Assembly: GCF_006345805.1 (NCBI RefSeq)
Contig: NC_042999.1
Span: 128,836,001-128,900,000 of the forward strand
Length of the DNA: 64,000 bases
From: Octopus sinensis
Taxonomy: Eukaryota
Reading direction: 5' to 3'
Below, in pieces: positions 14,355-24,902 of this stretch. Under the pieces are notes generated by a model. It worked only from the letters and a program-made list of their open reading frames with translations, had not been told where the DNA came from and did no database searches. The translations under genes and the position numbers were made by a program. The number at the start of each line of letters is the position of its first letter. Within the stretch, counting starts at the first letter, position 1.

Positions 14355-15418
14355 TTAAGCTAAATAAAAATGATAATGTTGTATTTCACAGACGAATGCT
14401 AGATCTTGTAACTTAACACTGGAAATTTTTTTTTAAATCACACAGATTTTCACAAACCATCTGTCATTTTTTGGAAAGACACTGTCAACATGAGCAACCT
14501 CTTAATTTTAGTTTTCCAGTAGAATATCATTAATATCATTTATTGTCATGTCTGTACAAACTAGATTCTAACAATTAATTCAATAATCTTATTTTGTGTC
14601 TGTTTATATTTATTTTGTGTGACAAAAACATGAATGTGTTCTTACGATTCAACTGATCTAAACTGAAAGAAATCACTGATATTTCCTTTGTGGTTTCTTT
14701 AGAAACACTAAAGATTATAAGTTGCTGTACAATAGCAACTATGAAGACTACAAAGAGAAATGCTTTCTATAGAAAGAGATGCATCTAACAAAAATCTGAG
14801 GTTTGGATGAAAACTAAATTACTCAATTTCTGAGGATTCTGGTTTGATGTGATATGAATAATTAAGTTTAGTATGCATCAGGCTATTGTATGATTGTGTG
14901 TAAATTGAAGCAAAAAGCTAATATTAAGTTTTCTCAGTGTGCTCTGTAAAATGGTTTACTGAAGAATTTCATGGCTTTATCCTTTCTGATTTATATGACA
15001 CATATATTTCAACAGTTATGCTTATTTTGGTCTTATTTCCATAACTTGGAACAAATAATTTCTCAACATGTGACCATATAAAGAAGGCAACATCTCAAAT
15101 GATAAAAATTACATATATAGCTCACCAGTTGCTTTGAGTATTGTTACTATGTTCATATATAGTATGTTGTCACATCTGCTCGATACATATAGAGTTGTGT
15201 GTATGTGTGTGTGTGCGTGCATGCATGTGTGTGGGTGTGTGAGAGGAGTGTGTGTGTGTACTGATGTAAGCATGGTAGTGTGGTTAAGAAGTTCATTCTA
15301 CAACCATGTGGTTTCAGATATGGTCCCACTTTTTAAAATTTCTACTGTATCCTCATAGCACCTAATGCCTTGTGAATGTATTTCATAGATAGAAACTACA
15401 GGAAGCCTGTCAACTATA

Positions 15419-15454
<36 letters not shown>

Positions 15455-15486
15455 TGTATGTATGTATGTATGTATGTATGTATATA

Positions 15487-15953
15487 AATCAGAAAATGGA
15501 GAAAACCTCAGATTAACAAACACATTGATTAGACCACATTTATAGCATATTTTTTTAATACAAAGCATGACATAATAAATAGGTAATGTAACAAATCTTA
15601 CAAATATTTCTGCATCCGTTACCAAACACTGTCTATAAATAATTGTGAAAATAAAATTCTTCATCTTCACAGGACATTTGAATTAAGGTACAGAGTTTCA
15701 TCAGTGTAAAAAAACAAGCGCATCCAATATAAACAAAGGGATGCTCTTGTTTTTTTACTCTGATGAAGCTCTGTGCCTTAATTCAAATGTCGTATGAGGA
15801 TGAAGAATTTTATTTTCCCAATTATTTATAGACAGCGTTTGGTAACAGATGCGGAAATGGTCGTAAGATTTGTTATGTCATGCTTTGTATTAAAAAATAA
15901 ATGTGGTCCAATCAATGTGTTTGTTAATCTGAGGTTTTCTCCATTTTCTGATT
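15487..15953. repeat. Long imperfect palindrome (arms of about 215-240 bp, 13-bp spacer), probable Penelope-like pLTR relic
   Basis: 15487-15725 is the reverse complement of 15739-15953, with indels. The right arm contains CTGATGA (15760) and GAAATGGTCGTA (15854). A (TATG)n tract abuts the left end and (TA)n follows at about 16120. Confidence 0.7.
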
Positions 15954-16118
15954 ATTTGGATTTGTTTCCTTATAAACTTTTGTTTATCGTGTTGTTACCT
16001 GCACTCCACGTGCATAGTGTGCCTGCACGCCAATGCTTGGGGATAACACGTGTAATGGATACAATGCATACGGATATTTTATACCTTAGTCGGTTATTAT
16101 AACCACTAACTCTGTATA

Positions 16119-16160
<42 letters not shown>

Positions 16161-16258
16161 GAATGTGTGTGTGCGTGTAATAACTGAATTCAGTTTGAAA
16201 TACATTAATATAAAGATTTATTCATATGTTTATCAATATTTCTGCATTTATATTTGAA

Positions 16259-16292
<34 letters not shown>

Positions 16293-17864
16293 TCATACAT
16301 ACATGCATATGTATATATATTTATATAGGAATGAAAAGAATACTTAATACATGGTGTAGAGTTTGTAGTTATTAGAAATTATTTGATGATTCACTATATT
16401 GCTAATTAGAATTTCATGCAAATGTCGTACAAGCAAGGTTGTTGAAACACTATTTGGTGAATGCATGAAACTGTGTGTGTTCAATGCACGGGATAAGTTT
16501 ATTTTCAGTGGTTGAGGCAAGTCACAATGTGGAATAAGGAAGAGAATCGCATGTGACATACTGTGAATACATTCAAAAGATAATATTAGACACATATGCA
16601 CTCATTCATATTAAGTTACAGGGAAAATTTTTGTCCTAATTTTTCTGGAAACTCAAGGATCAAGGATTGGGATTTATTCCATGTGTGCTTATTCAGATTG
16701 ATAGAGAGAAACTCCCCATCCTTCTCCCAGTTCATCTCAGAACTCAGAACCATGGATTTTGGTAATCCATAAAGCATCATCAGCAAGAGCCACTTCATAC
16801 GTAAATGGACCCCAAAACTGCAGACTACACTTAACTATCAAAGAAGCCAGTGAAACCTCAAGACTGAGGAAAGTGAATAGTTTTTTTGCACCTACGCAGA
16901 ATGGTTGAAATGGAAAAAAAACCTTCTCCAAAGAACTCAGCATTACTAAAAAATTACCTATCCAACATCAGCTGAGCTAGATATATAGAAATTGTTTTAA
17001 AGAATTTCAAAATTTGTATGTGAATTTAAATTTACCTTTTATTCGGTTGAATATGAAATGAGTAATAATCATATTAATCTTTATCTAATATTAGTATCAA
17101 TTATTTTAATTGCTATCAGCTTTCACTTTTAATTTTTCAATTCTGAGTAAATATAATATAATTAATATACCTCTGATTAATTCATATCAAAGAAATGAAA
17201 TCATACTGAAACAGTGTGTCTCTGAATATTAAGAGAGTAAATATAGTTAGAATCTAACTATATTAAATTTAAAAACTAATAATAGAGTATATTTTATCTA
17301 ATTAACAAGAGAAACATTTTCATAAAACATGTCTTGCTCTTGCAAAGAAGCTGAAATTAATATATGTATGTTGTTTACATGCCAGAAGCTCTGGTTTTTC
17401 ATCCATGAAAAATATCTTTAAAGACATATGGTGCAATATACTTCAAACATAGGTGAAACAATCATCCTGGAAGTGGCACAAGTATGTGACATTGATAGGC
17501 CACAGCTGCAGCAAAATATGTATCTTCACTCTCATGATCACTTCTGAGGTGATTTCATTTCACCTAGGTCTGAAGTATATTGTTTTTTAACACTGTCTTG
17601 AAAGGGATTTTCCTGGTTGAAAAACAACAGTTTCTGGCATTTAAAGAACATGCACATGCATGTATGCATGAATGCACACATACATACATGCAGACACACG
17701 CATGCACACACACACACATACACACACACGTATTGCATTCATAATATTTTTATCATAGAGCTGCTTCTATTGCATAATTCAAATGTGTGTGTGTGTGCAT
17801 GTATGTGCACCCATTTTGTATGCATTCATGTATACATATATATATGTACATGTTCACACATGCA

Positions 17865-18046
17865 TATCAGTGGGTGCTGAGAAGTTACTGGCTTTAAGGG
17901 TGTCATGAAAGGCTTGATTGGAAGCCTAACTTTCTGATTTCTTTTAAAGGGCATAGAAAAACTGAAGGACTATTGCAATAATTGTGTGAATCTGAGAAGG
18001 GAATATGTTGAATAAAATCATAATTAACTGATCCTTCTGTATTTTC
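17865..18046 (+). mobile_element. Mariner-derived MITE/fragment
   Basis: Contains a mariner transposase C-terminal-like remnant ([21 protein letters not shown]) downstream of a TIR-like GGGTGCTGAGAAGTTACTGGCTTT. Confidence 0.6.
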
Positions 18047-18149
18047 TTATATATATATATATAATGTATATATATATATATGTATATACATATATGTATA
18101 TACATATATATATATATGTATGTATATATTATATATATATATATGTATG

Positions 18150-18195
<46 letters not shown>

Positions 18196-18343
18196 GTATA
18201 TGTATAAAAAATATATATAAAGAAATACAAAATGGGACAAGAACACAAAACACTCAAATAGACGACACAATATATATATATATATTATACACACATACAT
18301 ATATATATATATGCATATATATATGTATATATATGTATATATA

Positions 18344-18384
<41 letters not shown>

Positions 18385-18415
18385 GTATATATATATATAT
18401 GTATATGTATATATG

Positions 18416-18448
<33 letters not shown>

Positions 18449-18616
18449 GTATATGTGTGTGCGTGTTTATATATAAACGAATAAGAACATGAAACTCTGA
18501 GTAGCAGTTTTTTGTGATATTTTTGTGATGTTTTTGCAGCTTTAATAATGATAAAGCATACTACACTACCTTCAGTATTCAAGTACTATTTTTTCACATT
18601 TATGTGCTTACTTTAG

Positions 18617-18667
<51 letters not shown>

Positions 18668-19184
18668 AACATATAGACAGACAGACAGATAGCTAGATAG
18701 ATAGAGATGTGTATATGTCATTGTACGATCCAAGGATCTAAGTAAGCTTCGTGCAGTCTATGGTAGGTATAAAAAAACAACATTCGGGAGCAATAATAAT
18801 TTATGGGTGTTGAAAGTTGTTGACTTTTCCCATATTGAAGTTCAATAAGTCAAAAAAAATTTTTATAGTTCACAGTTAGAAACTAGAGTTGCTATGAATC
18901 ATCATCATCATCATCGTCGTTTAACGTCCGTTCTCCATGCTAGCATGGGTTGGACGGTTCGACCGGGGTTCTGGGAAGCCAGAAGGCTGCACCAGGCTCC
19001 AGTCTAATTTGGCAATGTTTCTACAGCTGGATGCCCTTCCTAACGCCAACCACTCCGTGAGTGTAGTGGGTGCTTTTTACGTGCCACCTGCACAGGTGCC
19101 AGGCGGGGCTGGCAACGGCCACGGTCAGATTGGTGTATTTTATGTGCCACCGGCACGGAAGCCAGTCGAGGCGGTGCTGGCATC

Positions 19185-19800
19185 GGCCACGAGTCGGATA
19201 GTGCTTTTTACGTACCACCAGACCAGGGATCCTGGCTGGTTCAATTCGATTTCGATTTCGCTTGCCCCAACATGTCTTCACAAGCAAAGGGGGTTGGCAA
19301 GGGTGCCTGTCGTACGGTCGCATTGGAGTATTTTACGTGCCACGGCCACGAGTCGGATAGTGCTTTACGTACCACCAGACCAGGGATACTGGCTGGTTCA
19401 ATTCGATTCGATTTCGCTTGCCCCAACATGTCTTCACAAGCAAAGGGGGTTGGCAAGGGTGCCTGTCGTACGGTCGCATTGGAGTATTTTACGTGCCACG
19501 GCCACGAGTCGGATAGTGCTTTACGTACCACCAGACCAGGGATCCTGGCTGGTTCAATTCGATTTCGATTTCGCTTGCCCCAACATGTCTTCACAAGCAA
19601 AGGGGGTTGGCATGGGTGCCTGTCGTACGGTCGCATTGGAGTATTTTACGTGCCACGGCCCGAGTCGGATAGTGCTTTTTACGTACCACCAGGCCAGGGA
19701 TCCTGGCTGGTTCAATTCGGTTTCGATTTCGATTTCGATTTCGCTTGCCCCAACATGTCTTCGCAAGCATGGGGGGTTGGGATGGGTGTCTGTCGTCGGA
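19185..19800. repeat. Tandem array of about 4 units of about 157 bp within the RTE 3'UTR
   Basis: Unit start GGCCACGAGTCGGATAGTGCTTT at 19185, 19344, 19500 and 19657. Confidence 0.9.
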
Positions 19801-19879
19801 TGAGGTTCTATATCGACTTCGCTTGCCTCAACCGGTCTTTGTGTCCAAGGGAGGAAAGGCATTCATAAGTGGGCTGGGC

Positions 19880-21380
19880 TCACTTGTCCTGCCTGGTCTT
19901 CTCACGTACAGAATATTTCCAAAGGTCTCGGTCTCTGGTCATTTCCTCAGTGAGGCCTAAAGTTCGAAGGTCGTGCTTCACCACCTCGTCCCAGGTTTTC
20001 CTGGGTCTACCTCTTCCACGGGTTCCCTCAACTGCTAGGGATTGGCACTTTCTCACACACCTATCTTCATCCATTCTCGCCACATGACCATACCAGCGCA
20101 ATCGTCTCTCTTGCACACCACAACTGATGCTTCTTAGGTACAACATTTCTCTCAAGGTGCTAACGCTCTGTCGAGTATGTACACTGACATTACACATCCA
20201 TCGGAGCATACTGGCTTCATTCCTCACGAGCTTACGCATGTCCTCAGCAGTCACAGCCCATGTTTCGCTGCCATGTAGCATGGCTGTTCGTACACACGCA
20301 TCATACAGTCTGCCTTTTACTCTGAGCGAGAGGCCTTTAGTCACCAGCAGAGGTAAGAGCTCCTAAACTTTGCCCAGGCTATTCTTATTCTAGCAGTTAC
20401 ACTTTCAGCGCACCCACCCCCACTACTGACTTGGTCACCTAGATAACGGAAGCTATCAACTACTTCTAGTTTTTCCCCCTGGAAAGTGACGGAAGTTGTT
20501 TTCTGCAGATTTTCGGAGGTTAATGCTCCCGAGCATCTGCCACATACAAAAACTATCTTCCCAGTTAGCCTACCTTTGACATTGCTGCACCTCTTATGTG
20601 TCCATAGCTTACACTGGGTACATCTTATAGAGTTTCTACCTACACCTTTTCTACAGATCGAGCAGGCCATCTTCCTGAAGATATTTGTGGATTGTCTACC
20701 TTTCTACTTATTAGTACTTTGGTTTTAGCTAGGTTGACTCTAAGGCCCCTTGATTCTAAACCCTCCTTCCACACCTGGAACTTCTCCTCCAGTTCTGATA
20801 GTGACTCAGCAATAAGAGCAAGGTCGTCAGCGTAGAGGAGCTCCCAGGGACAGCCTGTCTTGAATTCCTCCGTAATTGCCTGGAGTACTATGATAAATAG
20901 GAGGGGGCTGAGTACTGAACCCTGGTGGACCCCAACCTCTACTTTGAATTCTTCTGTGTACATGTTGCCAACCCTAACCTTACTTACGGCATCTCTGTAC
21001 ATGGCTTGCACAGTCCTCACCAGCCATTCATCTATCCCTAGTTTCCTCATTGACCACCAGATAAGGGATCGGGGGACCCTATCAAAAGCTTTCTCCATGT
21101 CAACGAAAGCTAGGTACAGGGGCTTATCTTTGGCTAGGTATTTCTCCTGCAGCTGCCTTACCAGGAATATAGCATCAGTGGTACTTTTTCCTGGCACGAA
21201 CCCAAACTGCATCTCATCTAAACTAACTCTCTCTCTAATTAGTTGGGCTATGACCCTCTCTGTAACCTTCATTACTTGATCCAACAGCTTGATACCTCTG
21301 TAATTATTTGTATCTAGGGCATCACCTTTACCTTTGTAGCAGTTGACTAGTATGCTGCTGCACCAGTCATTGGGTATGAC
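19880..21380 (-). pseudogene. RTE ORF2 remnant: reverse transcriptase + PHD-like Cys finger + C-terminal domain, split by two 1-bp frameshifts
   Basis: ORFs 20640-21398, 20341-20670 and 19880-20344 join into one protein if one base is added near 20666 (TGG CC[C] TGC) and one near 20362 (AG[G] GAG). No in-frame stops are seen. Confidence 0.9.
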
Positions 21381-21440
21381 TGCTGCTGCACCAGTCATTG
21401 GGTGAATAAAAATCCAAATTTAGGGCGTAGAACAGGTAAA

Positions 21441-21713
21441 ATCTTGGCTAATTACATTTCCTAGCTGGTAGATCCTCTGATGTAATAATTTATTCAATGA
21501 GGGGTCTTCAGGTAGCTACTCATCAGGCCGAAGATACCTTAATTATATGAAGGTTACATTTTACTGAAAATATAATTGGAAATGAGTATTATATCTTCGG
21601 TGAGTTAACTTGAGATTCCTTAATGACAATGTAACCTTCATATAGTTAACGTATCTTTAGCCTAATGAGTAACTACCTGAATACCTCTTGTTAAGTAAAT
21701 TATTACATCAGAG
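21441..21713. repeat. Inverted repeat (arms 21475-21560 / 21628-21713) with a decayed hammerhead-like motif; probable Penelope-like pLTR relic
   Basis: The arms are imperfect reverse complements. Minus strand 21535->21441 reads ATCTTCGGC-CTGATGA-GTAGCT...AGCTAG-GAAA-TGTAAT-TA-GCCAAGAT. Confidence 0.6.
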
Positions 21714-21731
21714 AATATAATTATATATATA

Positions 21732-23376
21732 CTGGCAGAATTGCCCGGCAATGCTCAGGGCTGAATTGCTTGAAAGTACTGTTAATGATTGCACTGAATT
21801 ATGATGATTATTCAGGCAAATATTGATATAAGTTTACGGTGAATGAATGTATTTGTAAGTGTATAGAAAGCCGTGTAAAGGTGTTCCTACCCCCTCGTAG
21901 AATGGTGTAAGAATTGAATGCAAGGTTGCCTTGAAAAGAGCCATGTTATTATTCTCATAATTGTAAGAATTTGATAGTCGTGGAAGGCGGTGTAAAACGT
22001 TCGCAGGTAAATAGGGTTTCTTCATTTTCCACGAACGGCAGCAGATGTGCTGTTACAAAACTTCATGCTGTGTTAAAAGAGAATGGATGCCCTATGTAGG
22101 CAAGAGGGGAATGAAGCATGGGTAAGTAAATATGGGTAGTTTATAAAATATAGAGCATGCATGTATATATATGTATGTATGCGTGTATATATGTACAAAA
22201 TCCACTGAGAAGGCTTTTGTTGGTCTGAAGGTACAGCAGAAGACACATGCCAAGTCACCACACAGTGGGACTGAACCCAGGACCATGTGTTTGGAACGTA
22301 GTTTGTTACCACACAGCCACACCTGCCCCTATGTATGTGTGTGTGTGTGTGTGTGTGCGTATGTGTGTATGGGTAGATATATTATGTATGTATATATGTG
22401 TATATATATATGTGTATATATTACATGTACATCTATATATATATATACATTTACACATAAAATACAAAATACAAAGTTATATCTTGATATCGCTAGTGAT
22501 AACAATACTCAAAATATATAATAGACTGGAATTGTAGGCCCGTCTCTTGCAATTTCGATCAATTGGATCTTGTCCTCCCTCTTGTATAGAAGTGTACGGC
22601 CGCAGCGAAATTCATTTTTGGACTTTCTTCTATCGAAAGCATTTTAACAAAAATGCTTTCGTAAAGACGGTGAAAATATTGTCAATTTCCCCAAACAGGG
22701 ACACAATTCAATTTTTAAACAATAACCAAAGCCCCTTCTCCGAAAGGGGGAGGGTTATGGTTTACAATTATTTAACAAATGATACACAACAATGTTTCCC
22801 TGACGAGGAACCAACAAACGTGATTACAATAGTCAAACAGTAATAATAATAACAACAAACCTTTTTAATTTATCCCCATTTATGTGAAACCACTTATTCA
22901 AGTTCAAGTCATTGATGCAATTTTATACGAATTGCTAATACACACACACACATAATAAGGGTGAAAAATTGAATATTAATTTGATTAATATGAATTGAAA
23001 ACCAGTGGTGTAGCATATAAGACCATAGCGGATCTTCCTCTAGCAAAAAGGATGACCAGTATTAATGGCTCATCCCTGTTATATAAATACTTTCACTTTA
23101 ATTATTGCACACTTGCAAAGAGAAAGTAAGAGAAAGTGTTGTGGTAATGGAAGGAGTGAAGCACTTGAAATGAGAGAGGGAAATCATAAAATATTGAGTT
23201 TTCTCGAATTTTTGCTTAATTGGGGGTGAAATTGAAAAAACTTTACATGCCATGACCCAATGGAATCTACTTCGAAAAATCATAAGTAAATTCCAATTGA
23301 AGAAATTCTATATTGTACAATTGTATAAAAAACAAACTATTTGGGAGGCAGAGAAAATCTGCCTTTCATCATAAGA
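21732..23376 (-). mobile_element. Non-autonomous Helitron-like element, interrupted by a family A SINE (about 22190-22330) and microsatellites
   Basis: The minus strand starts A|TCTTATGATGAAAGGCAGATT and ends with a subterminal hairpin CCCTGAGCATTGCCGGGC, then CCAG|T (CTAG variant). No TSD; inserted in TA repeats. Confidence 0.65.
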
Positions 23377-24001
23377 TTATATATATATATATATATATAT
23401 GCTCAAACATATACTCATACACACACACACACATATAATAATTAATTATTTCAAAACCAACATTTTTTTTCTCCCAACCATGATGCAATTCAAAAAAGTT
23501 GGCATTTACATAATAGATATTTAACCCTGTGCATATAAGATGCTAACTATTCTGATCTTTTGATCAAACTGTTACTGCTGTGAAGCAAAATTCTTAAAAT
23601 TTAAGAGCTTAATTCCTTATATCATTGAACTACGATATAATATTACTTCAGTGCAATATTCATAGCATTGAATTTGTCATAGTTATAAAAGCAGTTAAAA
23701 TAAATGTTTAGACAAAGTATGTGGAAGAATAGAAAAAGATTTAAATGATATTTCAAGATTTTATTGTTATGTTCTACAGCTGTTTTCATGGCTTAAGTGC
23801 AATCATCAAACATGCAATAATTTTGTAATTAATATTTAATTAATTAATACACAAGTAATTAATTTGAATGAGATGAGTAAGACATTTCATCAGGAAGGAT
23901 TTTGAAATATGAAAATCAAAACATTATTACTGTTATAAATATAATATATACAGAGAATACAAAGAAAAATAAAAAAACATAAACGATGACGATGTTGTAT
24001 G

Positions 24002-24039
<38 letters not shown>

Positions 24040-24061
24040 CATACATACATACATACATACA

Positions 24062-24097
<36 letters not shown>

Positions 24098-24902
24098 TAT
24101 AAGTTATAAATAATGAGAGAAATATAGTATGATAAAATTTATTTAACCATTGGAAATTCTTATAGCTGAATCCATTATATTGTGACTTAAATTTATATAC
24201 ATATATATATATATATAGGCAATTTGAAGATGTAATATCCTCCTTAGAAATTATAAAATCCAGAGATCAACAGGTGTTATTGATCATATATTGGGAGAAT
24301 TCTCTCAATATATAGGGATAAACTGTCTAATATACATTTAATTTTAATCTAAGAAAGTAGAGAAAAAATATATTGTGGATACGTACAAATAAAATAAGTA
24401 TCCACAATGTATTTTTATTCCATTTTCTTATATTAATACATATATATATATATGTAAATAATATGTATGTAATATGATATACAGTGTACTCCCACTTACT
24501 TGTGGTTCAGCATTCAAAGACCCAGTTATTCACAGAACTGATAATTGTTTACAGAAACCACTGCATATTCACAGAATCGTAAATATTGTCACAATTTTTT
24601 ATGGCTTTTTTTTCATGGCAGTATATATTTTTCACACTTTTTAAGGCTAAATTATCAATAGCAATATACCGTATTTGCCTCTTCGTAGTTGAAGCTCCCT
24701 ATGATTAGAATAGCCATACATCACATTGCTTAATTGTTTTAGATACATGTACAGTGCATCTTGTATCTCTTATTCCTACTTTCAATCAAAGCTTGCTAAT
24801 TAGTATAGCAATATCTATCTATATTTCACACATACATGATCTCTCACTGTATTTGTCTCTCAACAACAACGGCATCTCATTGTAGTGAAAGTATATATAT
24901 AT

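Larger units (their letters stand above)
18898..21403 (-). mobile_element. RTE-clade LINE, 5'-truncated, young, with (GAT)n 3' tail
   Basis: RT motifs YKGKGD..NYRGIKLL, QFGF, FVDMEKAFD, GVHQGSVLSP and LLYADD. RTE-type C-terminus RLRWYGHVARM..GTRGRGRPRKTW. The 3'UTR contains tandem repeats and ends in GTTAAACGACGATGATGAT. Confidence 0.95.

Noticed and set aside
14703-14800. Possible coding exon (TTTCTTTAG acceptor, GAG|GTTTGG donor)
   Set aside because: Stops in all three frames, a weak donor and no supporting neighbouring exons.
18937-19868. 288-aa and 198-aa repetitive ORFs; array superficially CRISPR-like
   Set aside because: They lie antisense in the RTE 3'UTR tandem array. Units are repeated in full with no unique spacers, there are no cas genes, and the context is eukaryotic.
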